Below, in pieces: positions 18,924-28,718 of a DNA stretch of 61,993 nt; the stretch's first letter is position 1; the number at the start of each line of letters is the position of its first letter. Where the stretch lies: assembly GCA_902530535.1 (NCBI GenBank), contig CACAAP010000004.1, positions 1 to 61,993 of the forward strand. Direction: 5' to 3'. The position numbers and the translations under genes are program-made. The notes under the pieces are model-generated. The model was not told the DNA's origin and made no database searches. It saw nothing but the letters and a program-made list of their open reading frames with translations. This DNA is from an uncultured Candidatus Poseidoniales archaeon. GTDB lineage: Archaea > Thermoplasmatota > Poseidoniia > Poseidoniales > Thalassarchaeaceae.

Positions 18924-21713
18924 ATGTCTGAAAAAGAGGATGCTCCGAAGGAGATAGTGGGATATAGGCAACAACCCGGAAAACTACCCTTTTCCAGACC
19001 TGGGTCTGGAGGGAAAGGAAAATTCTCAGAGTCTACGGATAAAGAAATGATTCCTGAATCCCAGGGAGGGGAGCTTGCTCAGGAATGGGGGCCACATAGA
19101 CACGATGAACTCATTAGCGGCAGAGTGATTGGCAAATCTACTGCGCTTGTGGATAGTTCTTGGAAGGTAACGGGGCAAGCGCATTACGGAGACGATGTCA
19201 GACTCCCGGGAGAGATGATTGGACGGATTGTTCGTTCACCACATCACTATGCCAGAGTTCTATCTATTGATTGTACAAAGGCCCTAGAGTTGCCTGGTGT
19301 AGTCGCAGTTGCAACTGGCGATGATGCGAAGAATCGGTTCGGAGTTCTACCTGTGACAAAGGACGAGCACGCGATGGCTGTAGAGAAGGTTCGGCATGCA
19401 GGGGATCTTGTTGCATGCGTTGCAGCAATTGACGAGGCTACGGCTAGGGAGGCGGAAAGACTAATCGAAGTGGAGTATGAATTGATTGATCCGATTCATG
19501 ACATGAGGAAAGGGCTCGAAGACAGTGAAGAACCCATACATGACAGAGGGGACTACCACATAGGAGAGTCAAACGTCCAGAAGAGAGTTTTCCAAGAATT
19601 CGGAGACATAGAAGGAATGATAGAAAACTCTGTTGCTAGCCACAAAAAGAATTGGATTTTCGCCGGAGTTAACCACGCATTCACTGAGCCACACGCAGTA
19701 GTGGCACACTGGGACCCAACTGGAAGGCTCACGCTGTATACCCCGCAGCAGGTTCCGCACTACGTACACAGGGCGCTAGCTGATGTATTGGAGATTCCAA
19801 TGCATCAAATCAATGTGCATAGGACCTTTGTCGGGGGAGGTTTCGGTGGGAAGTCGGACCCATTCCCACACGAAATGTGCGCTGCGATTCTCGCAAGAAA
19901 GTCTGGAAAACCTGTTCGTATAACTTTCGATAGAGAGGAGGTTTACTGGGTAAACAGAGGTCGCCATCCTTCGCGAATTGAGATGAATCTACATGCTGAT
20001 GACGAAGGAAGAATATGTGGAATCGAGACTGATGCTCTGATAGATGGGGGGGCATTCGCCTCTTTCGGACACGTTACAACATACTACAACGGGGTTCTCC
20101 ATACTGCTCCCTACGAAATTGGTGCTTTCCACTACACAGGGGCTAGGGTTTGGACGAACAAACCTGCCAGTGGTGCTATGCGCGGTCATGGAGCGGTGAA
20201 TTCTAGGTGCGCAGTAGAAGTAGGCCTGGATGACTTAGCAGAGAAGTTGAGCGTGGACCCGATATCATTGCGTTTAGCGAATCTCCTCCCTCCACACTCG
20301 GCCACAATAACCGGATTCAGAGTAACAAGCATAGGAATGAGGGAGTGTCTAGAGAGGGTCAGAGAAGAAAGTGGCTGGGATAAAAAATTCCGTAAACTTC
20401 CTCTTGGAAAGGGAATCGGTATTGGATGTGGTTTCTTCATTTCAGGAAGTGGACTACCCATCCACTGGGATCCGAATAAGTTCCCCCATGCAACAGTTCA
20501 TCTGAAGATCGATATGGATGGCGGAGTCACCATCCACACAGGAGCCGCAGACATAGGGCAAGGTTCTGATACAGTCGTAGCCCAATCCGTGGCAGAGGTA
20601 CTAGGACTCCCCCTAGATATGATCAGGGTGAAATCGAGAGATTCCGATACTTCTCCGGTAGACTTGGGCTCTTACTCCTCCAGAGTGACCTTCATGAACG
20701 CCAACGCGGCTATTTCGGCAGCCATGCAAATCAGGGAGGAGTTGCTAGATGCTACTGTTGAAATCACAGGAGCGGAAAGAAGCGGTTTGGTTATTGGGGA
20801 TCGGAGAATCTTCCTAAAAAACGATCCAGCGGTTGGGGTCTCCTACCTCGAAGCTCTTCACAAATCACAAGAAGACAGGGGGGCCTTAGTTGCCTCTGGG
20901 GCATACAGGACCCCCCCTATGGGGAAGATGCACAAGGGAGCAGCGGCTGGACTAGCTCCAGCATACTCTTTCTCTGCTTATGTGACAGAAGTTTCTGTCG
21001 ATGTGGAAACTGGTCAAATTAAAGTAGACAAGGTATGGGCAGCTCACGACTGTGGAAAGGCTCTGAACCCATTGGCTGTAAAGGGGCAGATAATCGGATC
21101 TTGCCACATGGGCATGGGACAAGTTCTATCGGAAGAAATGAGATATGGGAGAAGTGGCAATCTGATGAATCCCGATCTCCTAGATTACAAGATCCCAAGC
21201 ATTCACGAAATGCCGGAAGTAATTCCCATAATAGTTGAGTCGAACGATCCAGAGGGCCCATTCGGAGCCAAAGAGGCTGGAGAGGGTCCCCTTCTTCCGA
21301 TTCTGCCTTCTGTTTGCAACGCCGTTTACGATGCAATAGGGATCAGGACCTCCGAGTTACCGATGTCTCCAGAGAAGGTACACAAAATGATCGAGAAGCG
21401 TTGCAGAGAGGAAGGGGTATCGGATCCGAATAATCTCTCTAGCCCATCCCTTCAACACTCACCTCTCCAAGAAGTTCTAGAAAACAGATCTAAGGAGCAT
21501 GGGACAAGGGACAAGGATAGGAGGCTGGATGAGGGCAGATCGGATTATCATAATGGTGCATTATTCGGCCTAGACCCCACAATCCCTCCGGACGAAGTTG
21601 ACCCTAGGTGGTCAGTTAGAGTTACTCCCGAGGAGGAATATCTGGAGTCTCCTAGACTCGCAGGTAGTGCTTGGAAGCATACAGAAAGAAGGCATTCGGA
21701 GGGTCAAAAATGA
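18924..21713 (+). CDS. molybdopterin-binding large subunit of a xanthine dehydrogenase/aldehyde oxidase-family enzyme (CoxL-like)
   Basis: Hammerhead and Mo-binding domain motifs (GQAHYGDD, GGGFGGK, GAMRGHG, GQGSDT, AKEAGEGP). The ATG lies 1 nt after the small-subunit stop. Confidence 0.85.
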   Translation: MSEKEDAPKEIVGYRQQPGKLPFSRPGSGGKGKFSESTDKEMIPESQGGELAQEWGPHRHDELISGRVIGKSTALVDSSWKVTGQAHYGDDVRLPGEMIGRIVRSPHHYARVLSIDCTKALELPGVVAVATGDDAKNRFGVLPVTKDEHAMAVEKVRHAGDLVACVAAIDEATAREAERLIEVEYELIDPIHDMRKGLEDSEEPIHDRGDYHIGESNVQKRVFQEFGDIEGMIENSVASHKKNWIFAGVNHAFTEPHAVVAHWDPTGRLTLYTPQQVPHYVHRALADVLEIPMHQINVHRTFVGGGFGGKSDPFPHEMCAAILARKSGKPVRITFDREEVYWVNRGRHPSRIEMNLHADDEGRICGIETDALIDGGAFASFGHVTTYYNGVLHTAPYEIGAFHYTGARVWTNKPASGAMRGHGAVNSRCAVEVGLDDLAEKLSVDPISLRLANLLPPHSATITGFRVTSIGMRECLERVREESGWDKKFRKLPLGKGIGIGCGFFISGSGLPIHWDPNKFPHATVHLKIDMDGGVTIHTGAADIGQGSDTVVAQSVAEVLGLPLDMIRVKSRDSDTSPVDLGSYSSRVTFMNANAAISAAMQIREELLDATVEITGAERSGLVIGDRRIFLKNDPAVGVSYLEALHKSQEDRGALVASGAYRTPPMGKMHKGAAAGLAPAYSFSAYVTEVSVDVETGQIKVDKVWAAHDCGKALNPLAVKGQIIGSCHMGMGQVLSEEMRYGRSGNLMNPDLLDYKIPSIHEMPEVIPIIVESNDPEGPFGAKEAGEGPLLPILPSVCNAVYDAIGIRTSELPMSPEKVHKMIEKRCREEGVSDPNNLSSPSLQHSPLQEVLENRSKEHGTRDKDRRLDEGRSDYHNGALFGLDPTIPPDEVDPRWSVRVTPEEEYLESPRLAGSAWKHTERRHSEGQK

Positions 21714-22693
21714 GGATGCCCCCCTTCCGTGTTCTTTCACCGAAGAGTTTGGATGAGGCACTAACAATGTCTAGAGAACTTTCAGAATCTGGAGAGGAGT
21801 TCGACTGGGTCGCTGGAGGAACCGACCTGCTTCCAAATTACAAGTGGCACATCAATGTGAAGGGGCACGTTATCTCGCTTTCTTCTATATCCGAGTTGCG
21901 AGAAATAGGCGAGGAAAGTATTGGAGCTATGGTCAGTATCAATGAGTTAGCCGAGCACGAGTCGACCCACCCTGTGTTAGCCAAGGCAGCAGACTCAATT
22001 GCGAGTGTGATGATCAGAAGGTCTGGGACAGTTGGAGGTAATATTTGCCTGGATACTAGGTGCTACTGGATCAATCAGTCGGAAACATGGAGGGAGTCGA
22101 TTGACTGGTGTCACAAATGTGATTGTGGCACTGGGGCCGATTGTAGAGTAATTCCGAACCAAAACACACTATGTGTTGCAACCTATCAAGCTGATTTGGC
22201 CCCTGTGCTGATGTGTCTAGGTGCCAAAATTCATCTAGCATCACCCAAAGGAAAGCGCTCAATGCCACTATGTGATTTCTTCAAGTTAGACGGAATGACC
22301 AGGAATGTACTCGAACCCGGAGAAATGGTCACCCACATCACTCTCCCTGAAGACTCAGCAGATTGGAGCGGAGACTATCAGAAGTTGAGGCAACGCGAGT
22401 CCTGGGACTTCCCTGAAGCGGGCGTTGCAGTTCTCTGGAAAGGAGATGAGGGAGATGGCCCATCAAGTCTGAGAGTAGCAACCACTGGCCTAGAGTCTAT
22501 TCCTAGCTTGCATTCAGAAGAAGCAGAGGACGCACTGGAGAATTGGAGCGGAGTGGAGACCGTCGAAATTCTATCAGAGTCCATAAGAAAGGCAGTAAAG
22601 CCTGTCCAGAATACCTGGTTCTCCCCATCTTATAGAAGGAAGATGGTGAAGGTCTTAACGAAAAGGGCGTGTAGGAAGTTACTGGTGAGTTGA
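21710..22693 (+). CDS. FAD-binding medium subunit (CoxM/HcrB-like) with a Cys-rich insertion
   Basis: VAGGTDLLPNYK FAD motif. ATGA overlap with the large subunit. Insertion CLDTRCYWINQSETWRESIDWCHKCDCGTGADCRVIPNQNTLC. Confidence 0.8.
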   Translation: MRMPPFRVLSPKSLDEALTMSRELSESGEEFDWVAGGTDLLPNYKWHINVKGHVISLSSISELREIGEESIGAMVSINELAEHESTHPVLAKAADSIASVMIRRSGTVGGNICLDTRCYWINQSETWRESIDWCHKCDCGTGADCRVIPNQNTLCVATYQADLAPVLMCLGAKIHLASPKGKRSMPLCDFFKLDGMTRNVLEPGEMVTHITLPEDSADWSGDYQKLRQRESWDFPEAGVAVLWKGDEGDGPSSLRVATTGLESIPSLHSEEAEDALENWSGVETVEILSESIRKAVKPVQNTWFSPSYRRKMVKVLTKRACRKLLVS

Positions 22694-23631
22694 TGGGTTC
22701 GAGAGTTCGCTCTTTGATTATTGGGGCCATTCTAGCTGCATCTTTTGTGGCGGTTCCCCCTGCATCGGGACAGGACTTAGAGTCCTGGGAGTTGGGGATA
22801 AAATATCCTGGAGAGGACCCCACCAATTCCTTCGTCTTGTCTGATGATGGTTCGACCAAAGTAGGGTTCTTCGTTGAAAATTCAGGACTGACAGAGATTA
22901 CGGTGCAGTTTGAGTACAATATCCCATTCGGAGGAAGTCATGACGGCCCTGAGGAAGAGTCCATTTCTTCTGGCTCGAACGAGACGTTTGATTTGAAGAT
23001 TAGCGGAATAGATGTACTATCCCAAGACGCGGAAAAGAAAGAGAAATTTTCAATCACTGCGACGATAACCTCTAGACAGGGTATTCCTGATCCTCTATCT
23101 TCTTCTCAGAACAGAGAGGGAGACTTGGAGATACCCGCGATATTTGATTTAGTCGTGGATATTTCTGAGCCATTCGGGCCGATGAACGCAGGCACTGACA
23201 CCATACTAACCGTGACCGTGAGAAACAATGGAAACGCACAGGATGGAGTGGCCGAAGTGGACGTAAGGGATGATTGCCCACTCTTGACGACCGATAGTGG
23301 ACTAGATGCCCTTCTAAGCGGCAATATAGAATCCGGAAGAGCCAAGGATGCGGATCTCAAGGTTACTGCATCAGAAAGCCACCCGAAGAGACACTGTGAC
23401 ATCACGGTATCTGTGAAGTCGAAGAGGAATGGAGAATCAGGAGCATCGGAAGACGAAGTCAGGGTTACAGTGGAACCTCCTCCAAGTGGAGGTTCGGGCT
23501 CTGGAGAGCAGGATAACGATGTCAGCGAAGCGGGGGACTCGATAGAGTCCAACCTCTCTGCACCGGGTTTGGGTGTGCTATCTGTTGGATTGCTTGCAGC
23601 ATTGGCCTATACCAACAGGATTGAAGATTAA
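22690..23631 (+). CDS. secreted, C-terminally anchored protein of unknown function (CARDB-like beta-rich repeats)
   Basis: Signal peptide. VTVRNNGNAQDG motif. Acidic Gly/Ser linker. C-terminal SAPGLGVLSVGLLAALAYTNR anchor. ATGA overlap with the FAD subunit gene. Confidence 0.55.
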   Translation: MMGSRVRSLIIGAILAASFVAVPPASGQDLESWELGIKYPGEDPTNSFVLSDDGSTKVGFFVENSGLTEITVQFEYNIPFGGSHDGPEEESISSGSNETFDLKISGIDVLSQDAEKKEKFSITATITSRQGIPDPLSSSQNREGDLEIPAIFDLVVDISEPFGPMNAGTDTILTVTVRNNGNAQDGVAEVDVRDDCPLLTTDSGLDALLSGNIESGRAKDADLKVTASESHPKRHCDITVSVKSKRNGESGASEDEVRVTVEPPPSGGSGSGEQDNDVSEAGDSIESNLSAPGLGVLSVGLLAALAYTNRIED

Positions 23632-23752
23632 ATCGTGCAATCTTCACTTCCAACACGATTAGCGAACTATGCTCAGCAACATATAACCGTGAATTAATTG
23701 TCGGACGGATGTTGCTTGGGCCTACGGCCCAACTAAAAGGGGATTAGAAACC

Positions 23753-25363
23753 ATGGCAATTGACATGGATAGTGAAGCGAGATTCAACAGGAACGTTTTG
23801 TATTCCCTGGTAATTACGTCAATATTACTCCTAGTTATGCCCATGTTCTTCGTAGTCGGAAAATCGTCAAATTACTCTGCTTACGATACAGATGGCTTGG
23901 GCCAGTTATCCGATATGAGAGATAGTTTCCAGGGAGAGTATGTTGAGAATAGGGACTCTGGTTACTACGTAGCGAATACTATGTCCACACCAATGCTCGT
24001 TAATGACTGGAAGGACCCTCATCGAACACTGCTGACCATCATTGCTCCTGAAAAACCGATCGATCAGACCGAGGCAGACGAAATTTTTAGATTCGTCACT
24101 GAGAAAGGTGGCAAGGTAATCGTCGCCGCTGACAATACTCAGGCACATAATCTGGCAATACTATTCGGAGTCAGATACATGGACGCACCTCTGCTGGATG
24201 ATAAGCAGCATTGGGTATATACGCAACAAGGCCAACAGGAAGTCGACTGGGGCAATGTTTGGAGCGCATCACCGGTCAATCAGGACATCGGAGATATGTC
24301 CCCTGGGGCACTGATGCAAGGTTGTACTGCATTCCAAATTCAGAATCCGGACGGCCTGAATGACTGCAGACTTCCTGTAATGTACAGGGGTCCGACAGGA
24401 ATGATGTTCGAACCCACGGACAAAGATATCGAAGACCCAAATCATAGGGACATAATGACACTGGGTACCGCTTCGCCTTCTGCATTCATTGACAGGGCCG
24501 GAGATGGCGACCCTACAAATCCGGCCAACCCTGCCACCGGTGATCTGAGGCTAATGATGAGGTTCGATTATCCTGGGATAAAGGTCCTGGACAAAGTGGC
24601 GGATGAGGGAAGAGGGGCCTTTTCAGCTGGTGTAGGCGAGTTGGAAGTCACCGGAAGTATTGTGTTCGTAGCAGATGACGAGGCTTTCTCGAATATGCTT
24701 TGGGAACTAGCAGTCGCAAAGGATCAAGGCCTCAGTCAAGACTGCTCCGCTATTGGCGATTACACACGAAATAATTGTTGGACGCAAGAGATCCTCAACA
24801 ACAACGAGTGGGATGGGAATGAGAGATACTTCAGACTACTTGTGTATGATATGATGGAGTTCGATAATGTAGATCTGAATGCTCCTATCCGAAGCGATCC
24901 TTCGAACTTCCAAGTCGTTTTCGACGAGAGCAGGCACGTAACTGGAGTCGTCTCAGAACCATTCGTTCAGACTATGGGGACTGTCGTCCTACTTACTTCG
25001 AATCAATTCCTAAAGTGGCTAGTGGTTCTGAACGTCGCCCTTCTCCTCCTCGTTGCTATGATGGTAGTACCTGAAAAGGAGAACTGGAGGCACGTCTTTG
25101 ATCTGACCAAATTCAATCAGCGTCCGGAGAAACTCGACCCTGCCACATATAGAGACAGGGTCAGGAAATCGCTGCTAACGAAGGTTAGGATACACCATGA
25201 CCTTACCAGAGATGAGATGGCGATGACTCCTCCGCCTGAAGTTCAGGCGATGATCGGGGATCCGCGTCTCGTGGAATTGGCTTATAGCCAAAGCCGGACG
25301 TACACGCCGCAAGAGTTGCGCAAGTTGATGCAAGCTATTCGCCGATGGGGAAAAAATAACTAA
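23753..25363 (+). CDS. membrane-anchored protein, possibly DUF4350-like partner of the MoxR/DUF58 module
   Basis: N-terminal and C-proximal TM segments with a large extracytoplasmic domain. Lies immediately upstream of MoxR. The family call is unverified. Confidence 0.45.
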   Translation: MAIDMDSEARFNRNVLYSLVITSILLLVMPMFFVVGKSSNYSAYDTDGLGQLSDMRDSFQGEYVENRDSGYYVANTMSTPMLVNDWKDPHRTLLTIIAPEKPIDQTEADEIFRFVTEKGGKVIVAADNTQAHNLAILFGVRYMDAPLLDDKQHWVYTQQGQQEVDWGNVWSASPVNQDIGDMSPGALMQGCTAFQIQNPDGLNDCRLPVMYRGPTGMMFEPTDKDIEDPNHRDIMTLGTASPSAFIDRAGDGDPTNPANPATGDLRLMMRFDYPGIKVLDKVADEGRGAFSAGVGELEVTGSIVFVADDEAFSNMLWELAVAKDQGLSQDCSAIGDYTRNNCWTQEILNNNEWDGNERYFRLLVYDMMEFDNVDLNAPIRSDPSNFQVVFDESRHVTGVVSEPFVQTMGTVVLLTSNQFLKWLVVLNVALLLLVAMMVVPEKENWRHVFDLTKFNQRPEKLDPATYRDRVRKSLLTKVRIHHDLTRDEMAMTPPPEVQAMIGDPRLVELAYSQSRTYTPQELRKLMQAIRRWGKNN

Positions 25364-25381
25364 TAAAATGGAGTGAAAAAA

Positions 25382-26446
25382 ATGAGTGAAACAGGACCAC
25401 CAAAAGGGATGCAAGCGCCGAATACTGGCACACAGGACGCCGCTTTAGCGAAGAAAGCGCAAGAGGCCCGTGGATCGAGTAAGGTCGACGAGGTTTTGGC
25501 TGCAACTGGTGCCATGGGACAGGCAATCAGTACTGAGGTACAGAAGGTAATCATAGGAAAGTCACACGTTATTGACAACGTAATGGTAGACATTCTTTCG
25601 AATGGAAACCTACTGTTCGAGGATTTTCCCGGATTGGCAAAGACGCTGATGACAAATACGTTCGCTGATGCTCTGGGGTGCGACTTCAAGAGAGTCCAAT
25701 TCACTCCGGATCTTCTTCCAGCGGACATAACTGGGACAAATATTTACGATGCTAAGAAGGGAGAGTTCACCTTCAAGCCTGGTCCCATTTTCTGTAATCT
25801 CCTCCTGTCCGACGAGATAAACAGAGCACCTCCGAAGACACAGGCTGCTCTTCTAGAGGCGATGCAGGAGAAGCAGGTCACTATTGGCGTAGTTACACAC
25901 AAGCTACCCTCTCCCTTCCTAACCATGGCAACCCAGAATCCAGTGGAGCAGGAGGGGACTTACCCGCTTCCAGAGGCACAGCTTGACCGTTTCATGATGA
26001 AGATGATGGTCGGATACCCGGACAGAGCAGATGAGAACGAAATCCTACAGAGGAGGATTAACAGAAAGACTGACGAGGTCGAGGTGAACAGTATCACCGA
26101 CCCAAGTATTGTGGTAAAGATGCAGAATTCATGCGAGGAAGTCTACGTTGACAGGTCAGTCAGAGAGTATATGGTGGATATCGTAGCTAGGACGAGGGAA
26201 GACCCGAGAGTTCTCGTGGGTTCTTCCCCGAGAGGTTCTCAAGCCCTCCTGAAGACCAGTAGGGCGGTTGCGGCCATGCGAGGAAGGGACTTCGTGACAC
26301 CAGACGACGTGAAGTCGATTGCAGAGCTGGCAGTGGCTCACAGGATTATTCTGAAGCCAGAGCACCAGATTAAGGGACTCGAGACCGGCGAGGTCATTCG
26401 AGATATTCTACATGGAAAGAATGCCGCGAATGTACCCACGGTCTGA
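25382..26446 (+). CDS. MoxR-family AAA+ ATPase
   Basis: LFEDFPGLAKT Walker A-like region, the CNLLLSDEINRAPPKTQAALLEAM Walker B/sensor region and ATQNPVEQEGTYPLPEAQLDRF. Confidence 0.9.
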   Translation: MSETGPPKGMQAPNTGTQDAALAKKAQEARGSSKVDEVLAATGAMGQAISTEVQKVIIGKSHVIDNVMVDILSNGNLLFEDFPGLAKTLMTNTFADALGCDFKRVQFTPDLLPADITGTNIYDAKKGEFTFKPGPIFCNLLLSDEINRAPPKTQAALLEAMQEKQVTIGVVTHKLPSPFLTMATQNPVEQEGTYPLPEAQLDRFMMKMMVGYPDRADENEILQRRINRKTDEVEVNSITDPSIVVKMQNSCEEVYVDRSVREYMVDIVARTREDPRVLVGSSPRGSQALLKTSRAVAAMRGRDFVTPDDVKSIAELAVAHRIILKPEHQIKGLETGEVIRDILHGKNAANVPTV

Positions 26447-26462
26447 ATTTTGAGGTGTAAAG

Positions 26463-27782
26463 GTGGCCTGGAGCCGAAAGTCTGCGATGTTCGCATCTCT
26501 TTCGGTTGCGATGTACCTGCTAGGACTAGTGCTTAGAAACCAACAACTAGTAACGGTAGCAGTAGTTCTTCTTTCATTCCTAACTTGGGCGGCTCTTAGG
26601 ACGGCGCACGGGGATGTCGCCTCCTCGGGTAGGAGGCTCGAGGAAGCAGTGCTGGACGAGGGTATCCAACTACAGAGTATTGTAGCTATGAGGAAGACCT
26701 CGACATCCAGAGTTTTCGAGGATGGCGAGATAGACGTCACCCTCAGGATTCAGAATAGATCTGCAATTGCAAAGGTCTTGGAAGTCAGGGATAGGGTGCC
26801 CGAGGTCATGAGAATCAAGAAAGGTGCGAATTACGTGCTAATGGAAATAGGTCCAAAAAGAGAAACTGAGATTTCCTACACAATAGAGACCCCCCTGAGA
26901 GGTTTCTACACCATAGGTCCCGTTTGCATCAGGGTTCAAGATGAGTTGGGACTCTTTCACAACGAGAAAGAGGTGCAGCTGTACGACGATTTCCTTGTTT
27001 TCCCGAAGATGGAGGACATAAAAGATGCAATGATCAAGAGTAGGGTTCCTAAGATTTTCACTGGAGCAGTGAATATCAGAAATCCCGGTGAGGGTTCGAA
27101 CTTCTACAATCTTAGAGAGTACTTGCCGGGCGACCCAATAAGGAAAGTAAACTGGAAAGCGACTGCCAGACAGGATGGCAAGATGATGGTTAACGAATTT
27201 GAGAGGGACGCTGTGAGTGATGTCATTATCCTAGTTGACAGTAGGGCAGTGAGTGAAACCGGACCAGTGAGTAGAAACTCTCTGGTTTACAGCACTAGAG
27301 CGGCAGCGAGTCTAACCCAGCACTTCCTATCCAGGCGTGACTCCGTAGGGCTCGTGGTTTATGGGGACGAGATTGTTTCCGTAGACAGAGATACAGGGAA
27401 GAAGCAGTTGTATGTTATACTGACAAAACTTGCGGGGGCTATGGCGAAAGGGAACACGCCCCTGAAGATTGTTACTACCCGAATCATGCCCCACATCCAC
27501 AGAGGCAGTCCCATCATCATCCTGTCACCGTTGGAGGACGATCCGACAATAGTCGATGCTGTCAGAGACCTTAGGGCTAGGAACTTCGAGGTCACAGTGC
27601 TTTCACCGAGCAGTTTGGAGTTCGAATTCGATGCGAGGAGAATAGACAGAACGGGCTACGAGGTACTGAAAACTGAGAGAGACATTCTGATGACCGAGCT
27701 TAGAGGACTAGGGGCGTATGTAATGGACTGGGAGCCGGATATGCTACTATTCACAGCCCTAGCCGGGGCAAGGGGATTCTGA
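26463..27782 (+). CDS. DUF58-family (vWA-like) protein
   Basis: NFYNLREYLPGDPIRKVNWKATAR hallmark motif, two N-terminal TM segments and a GTG start. Confidence 0.85.
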   Translation: MAWSRKSAMFASLSVAMYLLGLVLRNQQLVTVAVVLLSFLTWAALRTAHGDVASSGRRLEEAVLDEGIQLQSIVAMRKTSTSRVFEDGEIDVTLRIQNRSAIAKVLEVRDRVPEVMRIKKGANYVLMEIGPKRETEISYTIETPLRGFYTIGPVCIRVQDELGLFHNEKEVQLYDDFLVFPKMEDIKDAMIKSRVPKIFTGAVNIRNPGEGSNFYNLREYLPGDPIRKVNWKATARQDGKMMVNEFERDAVSDVIILVDSRAVSETGPVSRNSLVYSTRAAASLTQHFLSRRDSVGLVVYGDEIVSVDRDTGKKQLYVILTKLAGAMAKGNTPLKIVTTRIMPHIHRGSPIIILSPLEDDPTIVDAVRDLRARNFEVTVLSPSSLEFEFDARRIDRTGYEVLKTERDILMTELRGLGAYVMDWEPDMLLFTALAGARGF

Positions 27783-27791
27783 GGTGTAATT

Positions 27792-28718
27792 ATGGAAGAA
27801 GGCAAGGGCTCAGTAGACACATCTCATCTGTATGAGGGGAAGGTGGTACGCTCATCGGCTCCTAGTAGGAAAAGAGCCGCTGGAACACTGAAGGCAGACA
27901 GCGGGATACCCGATGATGCAGTTCCAGATGTCGCCATCCCAAGTTGGATAGATGCGATTTTCGGAGGACCAATTCTGGCCAATAGAGAGTTCGTGTCACC
28001 TAACAAAATGGTTCTGAACCTTCAGATGGGGGCAATAGGCTCGCTCTTGGTACTCGGATTCCTTACTTTCATGCTCACGCCAGTATCCGGAACTGCATGG
28101 TTCGCGATATCAAACACCATCGGCCTTGGCTTTCTGGGGCTATGGCTCCATCTACTGATGATTCTTATTGGACTGATATCTGGTTTCTGGGGGGTTTGGC
28201 AGAGGGACCAAAGGGCGATATTGCTGTCTTACGTCATGCTAATTCTGGTCACTATCAGGTTCGCTGGAAGTAAGGTTGAGTTTGGATTGAGCTTTTTGCC
28301 AGAGAACGAAATAATGCAGAAGTTGCTGCTGATATTGTACGCAGTCTTCCTAGTCGTATACATCGAGGTCTCTAGCGCAGTTATCCGTTTCTCTATGCTC
28401 GATACCTCGATAAGAACCGGAGAGGTCTACGTGATGAACGTCAAGAGCATAACGGACAGGTACAACAGGGCACTTGGCTACACCCCTGCCGTTGCAGCAT
28501 TGGTAGCAACACTGACTCTGTTCATCAATTTCTTCGTGCCCCTATTCGTGGGAATTTTCGACTCAGTTGCTGCAAATCGTCTCGAGGAGAGTGTGGAGTT
28601 GACTAGCGTCTACGGAGTTGCATTGGGAACTATCCTAGTATTCATCGTGATAGCGGGAATGTTCGCAATAAACCTCCCTCTCAGGATTCAGCAGTATCTA
28701 GAAAGTCAATCCGGCTAG
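27792..28718 (+). CDS. polytopic membrane protein of unknown function
   Basis: Multiple hydrophobic segments. Last gene of the MoxR/DUF58 same-strand run. Confidence 0.5.
   Translation: MEEGKGSVDTSHLYEGKVVRSSAPSRKRAAGTLKADSGIPDDAVPDVAIPSWIDAIFGGPILANREFVSPNKMVLNLQMGAIGSLLVLGFLTFMLTPVSGTAWFAISNTIGLGFLGLWLHLLMILIGLISGFWGVWQRDQRAILLSYVMLILVTIRFAGSKVEFGLSFLPENEIMQKLLLILYAVFLVVYIEVSSAVIRFSMLDTSIRTGEVYVMNVKSITDRYNRALGYTPAVAALVATLTLFINFFVPLFVGIFDSVAANRLEESVELTSVYGVALGTILVFIVIAGMFAINLPLRIQQYLESQSG

Noticed and set aside
18924-21713. Aerobic carbon monoxide dehydrogenase (CoxL)
   Set aside because: The active-site loop reads GAMRGHG. Neither the form I (AY-CSFR) nor the form II (AYRGAGR) signature is present, so only the broader xanthine dehydrogenase/aldehyde oxidase family is called.
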